From assembly GCA_020248405.1 (NCBI GenBank), contig JADCHQ010000023.1, positions 5,579-69,578 of the forward strand: 64,000 bases of DNA. The letters run 5' to 3'. Shown piece after piece: positions 39,332 through 48,990 of the stretch (its first letter is position 1; every line of letters starts with the position of its first letter). The notes below the pieces were generated by a model. That model was not told the origin of the DNA. It made no database searches and saw only the letters and a list, made by a program, of their open reading frames with translations. The position numbers and the translations under genes were made by a program. Source of the stretch: Rhodocyclaceae bacterium (lineage in GTDB: Bacteria; Pseudomonadota; Gammaproteobacteria; Burkholderiales; Ga0077523).

Positions 39332-40006
39332 ATGCGCCTGCTCGTGGTCGAGGACGACCCGCTCATTGCCGATGGTCTGGTCCGGACCCTGCGCTCTGGC
39401 GGTCATGCCGTGGACCACGCCGCCGACGGCGCCACCGCCGACCGCGCCCTGGCGCAGTATCCCTACGACCTGGTGGTGCTGGACCTGGGGCTGCCGGCCA
39501 TGGACGGCATGGAAGTGCTGCGGCGCGCCCGCGCCCGCGGCAGCGCCACACCGGTGCTGGTGCTCACGGCCCGCGACGCGCTGGACGATCGCGTGGCCGG
39601 CCTGGACGCCGGCGCCGACGACTACCTGCCCAAGCCCTTCGACCTGCCGGAACTGGAGGCGCGCGTGCGCGCCCTGCTGCGCCGCCGCGAGGGGCTGGGC
39701 ACCAACCGGCTGATCCTGGGCAACCTGGTGATCGATCTGGGCGGCCACAGCGCCTTCCACGGCGCCGCGCGCATCGACCTGTCCTCGCGCGAATTCGGCG
39801 TGCTCGAAACCCTGGCCCGGCGCGCGGGCCGCGTGGTGTCCAAGGAACAGATCCTCGAGGCCATGACCGGATGGGGCGAGGACGTGGGTGTCAACGCCGT
39901 GGAGGTGTACGTGCACCGGCTGCGCCGCAAGATCGAGCCGGCGGGCGTGAACATCCGCACGGTGCGCGGCCTGGGCTACCTGCTGGAAAAGGGCGCCGCC
40001 CCGTGA
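39332..40006 (+). CDS. OmpR-family two-component response regulator
   Basis: MRLLVVEDDPLIADGL..., phospho-acceptor context VVLDLGLPAMDG, and a C-terminal winged-helix (VEVYVHRLRRKIE..IRTVRGLGYLL). Confidence 0.9.
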   Translation: MRLLVVEDDPLIADGLVRTLRSGGHAVDHAADGATADRALAQYPYDLVVLDLGLPAMDGMEVLRRARARGSATPVLVLTARDALDDRVAGLDAGADDYLPKPFDLPELEARVRALLRRREGLGTNRLILGNLVIDLGGHSAFHGAARIDLSSREFGVLETLARRAGRVVSKEQILEAMTGWGEDVGVNAVEVYVHRLRRKIEPAGVNIRTVRGLGYLLEKGAAP

Positions 40007-41394
40007 GCGCGCCCGACAGCGCCCTGGGCGATGCCCGGTCGCTGCGCCGGCAGCTCATCGCCTGGCTGCTCGGCCCGGTGACCTTGATCGCGCTGCTCGC
40101 CAGCGCCATCGGCTGGTACGCGGCGCTGCGCTTCGCCAACGACGTGTACGACCGGTGGATCTCCGACAACGCCGTGGCGCTGTCGCAACTGGTGCATAGC
40201 GACGGCGGCGGGGTGCGCATCGACCTGCCGCCCGAGGCCGAACACATGCTGGGCGCGGACCAGCGCGACCGGATCTACTGGCGCCTGTCCACCCTGGAAG
40301 GCGGCTTCATCGCCGGCCACCGCGGCCTGCCGGCGCCGGACGCGCCGGTGCCCGGCGCCGCGCCACGCTGCTTCGACGGACGCTTTGGCGAGTCCGCCGT
40401 GCGCGTGGCCGTGTACCGGCCCGCGCAGCAGCCGGTGGTGGTGACGGTGGCCGAAACCGTGGACAAGCGCGACCGCCTCGCCAGCGAGATCCTCGCCGGG
40501 GTCATCCTGCCCATGCTGCTCATACTGGGGTTGTCCGCCGCTGGCATCCTGGCCGGCGTGGACCGCGGACTGCGGCCGCTGCGCAGCTTCGCGGCCATGA
40601 TCGCCGCCCGCGCCCCCGGCAGCCGCGAGCCCATCGCCCTGCGCGATGTGCCCGACGAGGTGCGGCCCCTGTCGGCGGCCCTCAACCAGCTCCTGCAGCG
40701 CCTGGACGCGGCCCTGGAAACCCAGCGCCGCTTCGTGGCGGACGCCGCCCACCAGCTGCGCACGCCGCTGGCCGGCCTGAAGACCCAGGCCGAACTCGGC
40801 CTGCGGGCCCGCGACCCCGCGGAGATGCGCGCCGCCCTGGAAACGGTAGCCAGCGCCACCGGCCGCACCGCCCGCCTCGTGACGCAGTTGCTCTCCCTCG
40901 CCCGGGCCGAGCCCGACCAGGGGATGCCGCACGCCGCCGAGGAAGTGGACCTGGCCGCCCTGGCCCGCGCCGTGGCCGCCGGCGACACGCCCCGCGCCCT
41001 GGAGAAGGGCATCGACCTGGGCTACGAGGGCGCGCAGCGCGCCGCCGTGCGCGGCGACCCCGTCATGCTGCGCGAACTGCTCGCCAACCTGGTGGACAAC
41101 GCCCTGGCCTATTGCCCGCGGGGCGCCGTGGTCACCGTGGCCGTCACCGCCGAGGGCCCGGGCGCCACGCTGCTGAGCGTGACGGACAACGGCCCGGGCA
41201 TCGCCGAGCCCGAGCGCGAACGGGTATTCGAGCGCTTCCACCGCGTGTCCGGCTCGCCGGGCGAAGGCAGCGGCCTGGGCCTGGCCATCGCACGCGAGAT
41301 CGCCTCGGCCCACGGCGCCACCATCGCGCTGGGCCCGGGCGGCAACGCACAGGGCACCCGGGTGGAAGTGCGCTTTCCCGCGCCGCCGGGCTAG
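40003..41394 (+). CDS. Two-component sensor histidine kinase
   Basis: The GTG at 40003 overlaps the regulator stop (GTGA). It has two TM helices flanking a periplasmic domain, the H-box FVADAAHQLRTPLA, and ATPase N/G boxes (LVDNALAY, DNGPGI, GSGLGLAI). Confidence 0.9.
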   Translation: MSAPDSALGDARSLRRQLIAWLLGPVTLIALLASAIGWYAALRFANDVYDRWISDNAVALSQLVHSDGGGVRIDLPPEAEHMLGADQRDRIYWRLSTLEGGFIAGHRGLPAPDAPVPGAAPRCFDGRFGESAVRVAVYRPAQQPVVVTVAETVDKRDRLASEILAGVILPMLLILGLSAAGILAGVDRGLRPLRSFAAMIAARAPGSREPIALRDVPDEVRPLSAALNQLLQRLDAALETQRRFVADAAHQLRTPLAGLKTQAELGLRARDPAEMRAALETVASATGRTARLVTQLLSLARAEPDQGMPHAAEEVDLAALARAVAAGDTPRALEKGIDLGYEGAQRAAVRGDPVMLRELLANLVDNALAYCPRGAVVTVAVTAEGPGATLLSVTDNGPGIAEPERERVFERFHRVSGSPGEGSGLGLAIAREIASAHGATIALGPGGNAQGTRVEVRFPAPPG

Positions 41395-41408
41395 CGGCAA
41401 GCGCCGCC

Positions 41409-43238
41409 TCAGGCGGCGGCGCCGCGCTCCTGCTGCTGCAGGCGCCACATCTGCGCGTAGGCGCCATTGCGCTCGAGCAGTTCGCGGTGCGTGCCCCGCT
41501 CCACGATGCGCCCGCCCTCCATCACCAGGATGGCATTGGCGTCCACCACCGTGGACAGGCGGTGGGCGATCACCAGCGTGGTGCGGTCGGCGGAGATGCG
41601 CGTCAGCTCTTCCTGAATGGCCTTTTCCGAACGCGAATCCAGCGCCGAGGTGGCCTCGTCGAAGATGAGGATGCGCGGGTTCTTCAGGATGGCCCGGGCG
41701 ATGGCCACGCGCTGCTTCTCGCCGCCCGAGAGCTTCAGGCCGCGCTCGCCCACGCCCGTGTCATAGCCCTCGGGCAAGGCGGCGATGAAATCGTGGATGT
41801 GGGCCGCGCGCGCCGCCTCGATCACCTCCTCGCGCGAAGCCTCGGGCCGGCCGTAGGCGATGTTGTAGTAGATGGTGTCGTTGAACAGCACCGTGTCCTG
41901 GGGAACGATGCCTATGGCGGCGCGCACGCTCGACTGGGTGACCTGGCGGATGTCCTGCCCGTCGATGGCGATGCGGCCGCTTTGCACGTCGTAGAAGCGG
42001 TACAGCAACCGCGCGAGAGTCGACTTGCCCGAGCCGCTGGGCCCCACCACCGCCACCGTGGCGCCGGCCGGAATCTCGAAATCCACGCCGTGCAGGATGC
42101 GCCGGTTGGTCTCATAGGAAAACAGCACCGCCTCGAAGCTCACCCGCGCGCCGCCCAGGGCCAGAGGCGGTGCGCCGGGCGGGTCGGCCACCTCGCGGTT
42201 TTCCTCCAGCAGCCGGAACATGCGGTCCATGTCCATGAGCGCCTGCTTGATTTCGCGATACACCATGCCCAGGAAGTTGAGCGGGATGTAGAGCTGGATG
42301 AGCAGGCCGTTCACCAGCACCAGATCGCCCACCGTGAGGCGGCGCTCGGTGACGCCCTGGGCCGCCAGGATCATGAGCAGCGTCACGGCGGCGGCGATGA
42401 TCAGGCTCTGGCCGATGTTGAGCAGTCCCAGCGAGGCTTCGTTGCGCACCTCGGCCGACTCGAACTTCTGCAGGTTCTCGTCGTAGCGGCGCGCCTCGAA
42501 CTCCTCGTTGTTGAAGTACTTCACCGTTTCGTAGTTGAGCAGGCTGTCGATGGCGCGGGTGTTGGCGCGCGAGTCCAGCTCGTTGGCGCGGCGGCGGATG
42601 TCCATGCGCCACTCGGTGATGCGGAAGGTGAAGGCGATGTAAACCGCCAACGCGCCGAAGGTGACAGCGGCGAAACGCCAGTCGAAACGCCCCACCAGCA
42701 CGGCCGCCACCAGGCCGAACTCCAGGATGGTGGGGATGATGGAAAACAGCATGTAGGACAGCAGCGTGGAAATGCCTCGGGTGCCGCGCTCGATGTCGCG
42801 CGACACCCCGCCGGTCTGGCGCTCGAGGTGAAAGCGCAGCGACAGGCTGTGCAGATGGCGGAACACCTGCAGCGCGGCGCGGCGGATGGCGCGCTTGGCC
42901 ACGCGCACGAAGACGATGTCGCGCAGCTCGGCGAACAGCGTGGTGGACATGCGCAGCAGGCCGTACATGACCAGCAGCGCCAGCGGCAGCACCAGCACGG
43001 CCTGGGTGGGGTCGAGGGCGTCCACCACCTCCTTCATCACCAGCGGCACGCCTACGTTGGCGAACTTGGCCGCCACCAGGAACAACATGGCCAGGGCCAC
43101 CCGGCCCTTGAACTCGAGCAGGTACGGAAACAGCGAGCGCACCGCCGTCCAGTCGCCACGGGCGCGGCGCGGATCGGCGGCACCGGGGGCTTGCGAGGCG
43201 ACGGGAGAGGCGTGGGGGTTCATGGCGGGCCAGGGCAA
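41409..43238 (-). CDS. ABC transporter permease/ATP-binding fusion (ABCB/Atm1-like exporter)
   Basis: N-terminal 6-TM domain, Walker A GPSGSGKST, signature LSGGEKQRVAIARA and Walker B ILIFDEATSALD. An alternative start is at 43223. Confidence 0.9.
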   Translation of the reverse strand: MPWPAMNPHASPVASQAPGAADPRRARGDWTAVRSLFPYLLEFKGRVALAMLFLVAAKFANVGVPLVMKEVVDALDPTQAVLVLPLALLVMYGLLRMSTTLFAELRDIVFVRVAKRAIRRAALQVFRHLHSLSLRFHLERQTGGVSRDIERGTRGISTLLSYMLFSIIPTILEFGLVAAVLVGRFDWRFAAVTFGALAVYIAFTFRITEWRMDIRRRANELDSRANTRAIDSLLNYETVKYFNNEEFEARRYDENLQKFESAEVRNEASLGLLNIGQSLIIAAAVTLLMILAAQGVTERRLTVGDLVLVNGLLIQLYIPLNFLGMVYREIKQALMDMDRMFRLLEENREVADPPGAPPLALGGARVSFEAVLFSYETNRRILHGVDFEIPAGATVAVVGPSGSGKSTLARLLYRFYDVQSGRIAIDGQDIRQVTQSSVRAAIGIVPQDTVLFNDTIYYNIAYGRPEASREEVIEAARAAHIHDFIAALPEGYDTGVGERGLKLSGGEKQRVAIARAILKNPRILIFDEATSALDSRSEKAIQEELTRISADRTTLVIAHRLSTVVDANAILVMEGGRIVERGTHRELLERNGAYAQMWRLQQQERGAAA

Positions 43239-43330
43239 CGGCGGCAGGAGCGCCCGGGAGCCGCGGGAAGATCACCCCCCGCTCGCCAGCCGCGAGGAGC
43301 GCAGTGTACGCGCGCCGCCGCCCGGCGCCG

Positions 43331-43909
43331 CTACCAGATCCAGCCCTGGGAGAACCCGAAGTGAATGCCCGGGCCCGGATAGCCCCAGCCCCAGCCCGGC
43401 CCCCATCCCGGACCCCAGCCCCAGCCCGGGCCCCAGAAGGGGTCGTAGAAGCGCGGTCCGTAGCCGTAGCCCCAGTGCAGGGACTGGCTGCGGCGTACCT
43501 CCCGAGGCGGGGCCTTGCGCTTTTCCGCCTCAAGGCGGCGGATCTCCTCGCGGTGCTGCCACTCGCGCTTTTCCGCATCGAGCGCCCGGCGGCGCCAGAA
43601 CTGCTCGTCCGTTTCATCGCCGGAAGGCTGCACGCCGCCCAGCTCGTCGGCCAGCCGGCGCCAGCGCGCCGCCTGCCCGGCATCGGCCGGCGTGCCCAGA
43701 CCGCGTTCGTGGATGTCCGCCAGCGCCTTGGCCGCGCGGGCATCGCCCTCATCGGCGGCCATTACCAGGAACCGAATGGCCGTGGCGTAGTCCTTCCGCT
43801 GGTAGGCTTCCCAGCCCTGGCGGAAATCTGGCGATTCGGCCGCCGCCGCCACCATCGAACCCAGCCCCCACAGCAACGCCAACATCCTGACAGTGCGATT
43901 CATGAGCAT
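43331..43909 (-). CDS. Sel1-repeat protein with a Gly/Trp-rich C-terminal tail
   Basis: The ATG at 43909 is preceded by GGGAGAA. It has a signal peptide and a Sel1/TPR-like repeat (AAKALADIHERGLGTPADAGQAARWRRLA). The tail is HWGYGYGPRFYDPFWGPGWGWGPGWGPGWGWGYPGPG. Confidence 0.65.
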   Translation of the reverse strand: MLMNRTVRMLALLWGLGSMVAAAAESPDFRQGWEAYQRKDYATAIRFLVMAADEGDARAAKALADIHERGLGTPADAGQAARWRRLADELGGVQPSGDETDEQFWRRRALDAEKREWQHREEIRRLEAEKRKAPPREVRRSQSLHWGYGYGPRFYDPFWGPGWGWGPGWGPGWGWGYPGPGIHFGFSQGWIW

Positions 43910-43990
43910 CGATTCTCCCGGCACCCGCACGGCACCGCCTGCGCTCAGACCGCGGCAACCGCGCGCCGGTTTCCCGGGCCGCGGAGCGTG

Positions 43991-45709
43991 ATGGACCCGA
44001 ACCACACCATGCTCGTGGCGACGCTGCTGTTCCTGGGCGCCATTCTCGCCTCGGCAGCGGCCGGGCGCATCGGCGCGCCGCTGCTGCTGGTGTTCCTGGC
44101 CCTGGGCATGCTGGCGGGCGAGGACGGGCCCGGCGGCATCCGCTTCGACGATGACCGGCTGGCGTTTCTGGTGGGCAACTTCGCCCTGGCGATCATCCTG
44201 CTGGACGGCGGCCTGCGCACGCGCATGGACACCTTCCGCGTGGCGCTGCGGCCGGCGCTGTCGCTGGCCACCGTGGGCGTGGCCCTTTCGGCGGGCATCA
44301 CCGGCGCCTTCGCGCGGTGGATTCTCGACCTCACCTGGGCCCAGTCCCTGCTGGTGGGCGCCATCGTGGGCTCCACCGACGCGGCCGCCGTGTTCTCGCT
44401 GCTGCACCAGCGCGGCATCGAACTGAAAAAACGCGTGGCCGCCACGCTGGAGATCGAGTCGGGCAGCAACGACCCCATGGCGGTGTTCCTCACCCTGGTG
44501 CTGGTGCAGTGGATCGCGGACGGGCGCGAGGGCCTGCCCGGCCCGGAACTGGCCGTAGCCTTCGTGAAGCAGATGGGCCTGGGCGCCGTGGCGGGCCTGG
44601 CCGGCGGACGCCTGCTGGGCCTGCTGGTGAACCGCCTGCAACTGGCCGAGGGGCTGTACCCGCTGCTGGTGCTGTCGGCCGGGCTGAGCGTGTTTTCCGT
44701 CACCAACGCCGCGGGCGGCAGCGGCTTCCTGGCCATCTACCTGGCGGGCGTGGTCGCGGGCAACCGCCAGATGCACGGCGCACCCAACATCCTGCGGGTG
44801 CACGACGGCCTGGCGTGGCTTGCCCAGATCGTCATGTTCCTGGTGCTGGGGCTGCTGGTCACGCCCTCGCAGCTGCTGGGCGACGCCCCGGCCGGGCTGG
44901 CCATCGCCGCGCTGCTCATGCTGGTGGCGCGGCCGCTGGCGGTGGCCGTGTCGCTGCTGCCCTTTCGCTTTCCGTGGCGCGACCAGGTGTTCATCTCCTG
45001 GGTGGGGCTGCGCGGCGCGGTGCCCATCATCCTGGCGCTGTTCCCGCTGCTGGCCGGGCTACCCCGGGCGGCGCTGTACTTCGACGTGGCCTTCTTCGTG
45101 GTGCTGGCGTCGCTGGTGGCGCAGGGCTGGACCATCGCCTTCGCCGCGCGCCGCCTGAAGCTGGAAGTGCCCCCCGAACCCGCGCCCCTGCAGCGCGTGG
45201 AGGTGGAGGGCAGCCGCGCCGAGCCGCTGGCCTTCGTGAGTTTTCGCGCCGCCGAGGACAGCCCGGTGCTGGACACCGACACGCCCGCCACCGTGCTGGG
45301 CGAAGGCGTGCGGCTGGCCGGCTGGCTGCGCGACGGACGCTTCTGCGCGCCGGTGCACGGCGAGCGCCTGGCCGCCGGCGACGTGGCCCTGCTGCTGGCG
45401 CGCGAAGACCGCGTGGACGGCCTGGCACAGGCCTTCAGCGGCGCCACCGGCGATGCGCGCCCCAGGCGCGATCGCTTCTTCGGCGCCTTCGCCCTGGATG
45501 CCGGCGTGGTGATGGCTGATCTCGAGGCCGTGTACGGCCTGCCCGTGGCCCCGGGCGAGCGCGACCTGCCCGTGGGCGCCTTCATCGCCCGCCACGTGGG
45601 CGCGCGCGCCGTGCCCGGCGATGCCGTGCGCCTGGGCGAGGTGGAGCTGGTGGTGCGCGCCGTGCGCGAGGGCGAGATCGCCGAAGTGGGCCTGCGTCTG
45701 CCGGAGTAA
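43991..45709 (+). CDS. K+/H+ antiporter, CPA1 family (NhaP2/CvrA-like)
   Basis: The ATG at 43991 is the start. There is an N-terminal Na+/H+-exchanger membrane domain (ESGSNDPMAVFLT) and a C-terminal TrkA-C-like cytoplasmic domain. 572 aa. Confidence 0.85.
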   Translation: MDPNHTMLVATLLFLGAILASAAAGRIGAPLLLVFLALGMLAGEDGPGGIRFDDDRLAFLVGNFALAIILLDGGLRTRMDTFRVALRPALSLATVGVALSAGITGAFARWILDLTWAQSLLVGAIVGSTDAAAVFSLLHQRGIELKKRVAATLEIESGSNDPMAVFLTLVLVQWIADGREGLPGPELAVAFVKQMGLGAVAGLAGGRLLGLLVNRLQLAEGLYPLLVLSAGLSVFSVTNAAGGSGFLAIYLAGVVAGNRQMHGAPNILRVHDGLAWLAQIVMFLVLGLLVTPSQLLGDAPAGLAIAALLMLVARPLAVAVSLLPFRFPWRDQVFISWVGLRGAVPIILALFPLLAGLPRAALYFDVAFFVVLASLVAQGWTIAFAARRLKLEVPPEPAPLQRVEVEGSRAEPLAFVSFRAAEDSPVLDTDTPATVLGEGVRLAGWLRDGRFCAPVHGERLAAGDVALLLAREDRVDGLAQAFSGATGDARPRRDRFFGAFALDAGVVMADLEAVYGLPVAPGERDLPVGAFIARHVGARAVPGDAVRLGEVELVVRAVREGEIAEVGLRLPE

Positions 45710-45784
45710 GGGCGCAGCCGCGGCTTCGCGCCAGCCTCTAGAATCCCGGCCTTTGGCGCGCGAGCGCCGGCACGGGAGAACGAT

Positions 45785-46261
45785 ATGCAACCGCAAACCA
45801 AGCCGCGGGGCCGCGGCAAATGGATTCTTTACCTGCTGGTGCTGCCGCTGGTGCTGGTGGCCGCCTACACCTGGTTCTCGCTCACCTGGAGCTACTCCCA
45901 GGGCGAACGGGCCGGCTATGTGCAAAAGCTCTCCAAGCGCGGCTGGCTGTGCAAAACCTGGGAAGGCGAACTGGCGCTGGTGACCATGCCCGGCACCGTG
46001 GCCGAGAAGTTTTTCTTCACCGTGCGGCGCCAGGAAGTGGCCGAGCGCATCAACAACAGCATGGGGCAGCGCGTATCGCTGGAGTATCACCAGCACCTGG
46101 GCGTGCCCACCAACTGCTTCGGCGACAGCCAGTACTTCGTGGACAACGTGCGCCTGGTGCAGGAGCCCACCCTGCCCCCCACCAGCACCGCGATGCCACC
46201 GCCCGCCCCCGCCGCCGCGCCAGCCGAGGCCACGCCACCCGCCGCACCACCCGCCAAGTAA
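45785..46261 (+). CDS. Membrane-anchored hypothetical protein with a Pro/Ala-rich tail
   Basis: GGGAGAA RBS, one N-terminal TM helix (WILYLLVLPLVLVAAYTWF) and a C-terminal PPPAPAAAPAEATPPAAPPAK. I recognise no family. Confidence 0.55.
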   Translation: MQPQTKPRGRGKWILYLLVLPLVLVAAYTWFSLTWSYSQGERAGYVQKLSKRGWLCKTWEGELALVTMPGTVAEKFFFTVRRQEVAERINNSMGQRVSLEYHQHLGVPTNCFGDSQYFVDNVRLVQEPTLPPTSTAMPPPAPAAAPAEATPPAAPPAK

Positions 46262-46274
46262 GCCGCCCGCCGCC

Positions 46275-47021
46275 ATGACCGGGGTGATGCTGGTGACGGG
46301 CGCCGGGCGCGGCATCGGCGCGGCCTGCGCCCGCATCGCCGCCCGCGAGGGCTACGCCGTGGCCGTGAACTATGTGCGCCAGCGCGAGCCCGCCGAGGCC
46401 CTGGCCGCGCAGATCCGCGCCAGCGGCGGCAAGGCCGTGGCGCTGCAAGCCGACGTGGGCAACCGCGAGCAGGTGCAGGCCCTGTTCGCCGCCGTGGACC
46501 GCGAACTGGGCCCCCTCACGGCGCTGATCAACAACGCCGGCATCACTGGCCCGCTGGCCCCCGTGGAAGACACCGACCCCGCCTGGCTGCGCGCCGTGTT
46601 TGCCAGCAACGTGGATGCCCTGTTCTGGTGTTGCGGCGAAGCCCTGCGGCGCATGTCCACCCGCCACGGCGGCGCGGGCGGCGCCATCGTCAACGTGGGC
46701 TCCATCGCCTCACGCTACGGCGGCATGCCCGGCATGGTGGCCTACTCCGCCTCGAAGGGCGCCGTGGACAGCTTCACCATCGCCCTGGCCAAGGAAGCCG
46801 GCCCCCAGGGCGTACGCGTCAACGGCCTGCGCCCCGGCACCACCCGCACCGACATCCTCGCGCCCCTCGGCGGCCCCGACCTGGAAGCCCGCGTGGCCGC
46901 CGCCACCCCCCTGGGCCGCCTGGGCGAAGCCGAGGAAATCGGCGAAGCGGCGGTGTGGTTGTGCAGCGGGAAAGCCTCGTTTACGCATGGGGCGATTCTG
47001 GATGTTTCCGGGGGGCGGTGA
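46275..47021 (+). CDS. SDR family oxidoreductase
   Basis: TGAGRGIG cofactor motif, NNAG, and the catalytic YSASKGA (YxxxK). 248 aa. Confidence 0.9.
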   Translation: MTGVMLVTGAGRGIGAACARIAAREGYAVAVNYVRQREPAEALAAQIRASGGKAVALQADVGNREQVQALFAAVDRELGPLTALINNAGITGPLAPVEDTDPAWLRAVFASNVDALFWCCGEALRRMSTRHGGAGGAIVNVGSIASRYGGMPGMVAYSASKGAVDSFTIALAKEAGPQGVRVNGLRPGTTRTDILAPLGGPDLEARVAAATPLGRLGEAEEIGEAAVWLCSGKASFTHGAILDVSGGR

Positions 47022-47612
47022 GCAGAGCCCGCTGACACGGACTCTGACCAGCGCTGCCACATCAAGACCCGGGGCTTTACAGCCCAGGCTGCCACTTCGA
47101 CGCAGCATGCCGCAGGGAGGATGGCCTCGCACGTTCCCGGACCCGCTGGGCGTGGACTCAGCGTTGGTTCGCGGGGACGCCAGCGGGCAAGGACACTGGG
47201 CTGCGGGGCAAACACCGGCGGTGGGCGCTTTGTGATGACGGGATTGTCCGTGCCCGGGCGCTCGCGGAACACTCGGAAGGGCTTACAGAGCCATCCTGGG
47301 CGGCGGTCGGCCGACTGCTGGCAGCGGAGGAAATACCAGCAGGGATGTCCCCGTTGACGTTGGGGCGCGGGGGATAGAAGCTTCAGCCGATGGTGGCGGC
47401 TCTTGTACGGGTAGTTTCCTGGGAGGCGCTGTGGAAACTCTGCTATAGCGCACAAAAAGCGTAACGGCTTGGAGTGATCGTCTTGGGGACTTCTAATTGA
47501 TGACAGCAAGGTGGAAAAACAAGGAAACAGCGAATATGCGTGACTTTGTTACCTGTTTCGCGCTTCGTGAAGAGAGTTTTCGGAGCCCCAACTCACGCTA
47601 GGCCTCGCAACC

Positions 47613-47939
47613 ATGGCAATCGAAGATTTCTGGGACAAATCGGCGGACGCGGTCCTCGTGCTCACACTAGCACTCGGCTATGGTTTCTGTGCCTTAGTCA
47701 TAGGCTGGCAAGTGCTTCACTGGCTACAGACCGGCGAGTGGCAACCGCTACCATTCTTAGTCGCGTTGGAATTCATCGGGGTCAACACGGAGAGTGCGTA
47801 CGCTCCAAAGTCTTGGATTGGCATGGCAAAGGTCGCAAGGTTCCTTCTCGAGTTGCCTATGTCTATCATGGTTCCAGTTTGTGGCGTCGTGCTCGCCTTG
47901 GCATGGAAGATTTTCGTCAGTTCCGGAACTGCACGATGA
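47613..47939 (+). CDS. Small hypothetical membrane protein (108 aa) in the lower-GC islet
   Basis: It has two clear hydrophobic helices (AVLVLTLALGYGFCALVIGWQVL and IMVPVCGVVLALAWKIF). There is no obvious SD sequence and no recognised family. Confidence 0.4.
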   Translation: MAIEDFWDKSADAVLVLTLALGYGFCALVIGWQVLHWLQTGEWQPLPFLVALEFIGVNTESAYAPKSWIGMAKVARFLLELPMSIMVPVCGVVLALAWKIFVSSGTAR

Positions 47940-47968
47940 AGTCTGGAATCTTTTCGCGCGTACTCGAA

Positions 47969-48217
47969 GTCAGGTCTTGCAATCCAACATTTCGCTCGTA
48001 CCCTCCATTCCATGTCGCGTCCGCTGTGTCTCGAACTCTTCGGCGGCCTCTACCTCGTCACCTCGCGGGGCGATCGCCGCGAGGACACGTTTATCTCAAC
48101 GACGAGGATCGCATCGCGTGGCACGACATCCTGGGTGCCGCGTGCAAGCGCTTCAACCGGACCTGCCACGCCTGGCGCCAGATGACCAATATGCTTGAAT
48201 CCAAAACGTGACCCCGG
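47969..48217 (+). mobile_element. Degenerate copy (C1) of a ~250-bp miniature element encoding a frameshifted N-terminal fragment of a Y1 (IS200/RAYT-type) transposase
   Basis: It aligns along its full length with 48991-49239, at about four-fifths identity by hand alignment. The coding remnant is MSRPLCLELFGGLYLVTSRGDRRED (from 48012), then a 2-nt indel, then YLNDEDRIAWHDILGAACKRFNRTCHAWRQMTNMLE*. The terminal repeats have decayed to 12/17 matches. Confidence 0.65.
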
Positions 48218-48344
48218 TTGCGGCCCTGTCATCTTTTTGATCGCCGGCAAGCTCGATTTCGCAGCCGTCAACCCTCACACTCGATAACCCACTCGGAAGT
48301 TCACAGAGCCTTTTATTGACACAGTAAGATTAGGCCACAGTACG

Positions 48345-48980
48345 ATGAAAAAAATTCTCTTACATGCGATCACAAGTGTTTCATTCATATTCTGTCCGCC
48401 ATCCGAGGCAAGGGGCGCGACTGATGCCCTCTGGATATTGGTTCCGGTGGCACTTACGGTTGGGCAGTGCACCCAATTTGGGGATGAAGTCCGGAACCGC
48501 TTTCGCACAGCAATTTCTGTAGCGAAAGGAAACTCATTGGATCTTTTGCCGCCTACCTCGTGGGGGTTGATCGAAGAGTATGCAAATAGCACGGGGTCGG
48601 AAGTTCCAACCCCGGATATGCAGCGGGCGTGTGACAAAACCATCGAGGCCTTCTCAAGCCCCGCATTTCCAACGTACATACGCCAGTTAGTTGCGACGTA
48701 CTTTATCGCGGCGACAGCGACAGAATGCGTGCTGTTTCAACCCACAACAGCCGGAAAAATAAAACAAGCATGGATTTCGGTGGGTACGCGCAACGGCTTC
48801 GATATTTCAGAGAAGGCAATTGATGAGTTATTTGAAAGTCAGCGCCAAGTGTCTGACATGAATCGCCCTCCTCGGCGATCGATCGACGAGTGTGTCAAGG
48901 CCGCGAATTATTGGGAAACTCCGTCCTTCGATCAGACGTTTAGCAAGAGCGCGGTATTCGAACTGTTCGGGGGGCGATAG
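48345..48980 (+). CDS. Orphan secreted protein (211 aa) in the lower-GC islet
   Basis: A 636-nt ORF in an AT-richer stretch. The N-terminus MKKILLHAITSVSFIFCPPSEA is signal-like, and Cys residues are scattered through the protein. There is no SD sequence and no recognised family. Confidence 0.5.
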   Translation: MKKILLHAITSVSFIFCPPSEARGATDALWILVPVALTVGQCTQFGDEVRNRFRTAISVAKGNSLDLLPPTSWGLIEEYANSTGSEVPTPDMQRACDKTIEAFSSPAFPTYIRQLVATYFIAATATECVLFQPTTAGKIKQAWISVGTRNGFDISEKAIDELFESQRQVSDMNRPPRRSIDECVKAANYWETPSFDQTFSKSAVFELFGGR

Positions 48981-48990
48981 CGGGGCTAGG

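Noticed and set aside
46742-47509. 255-aa reverse ORF downstream of, and overlapping, the SDR gene.
   Set aside because: It overlaps the well-supported SDR gene on the opposite strand, has a Pro/Arg-rich translation, and has no RBS or motifs.
47540-48211. 223-aa ORF spanning the small membrane-protein gene and mini-element copy C1.
   Set aside because: The composition is Arg-rich and off-frame-like over its first two thirds. Its C-terminus is simply the frameshifted transposase fragment of C1. The hydrophobic 108-aa ORF in another frame is the more credible gene.
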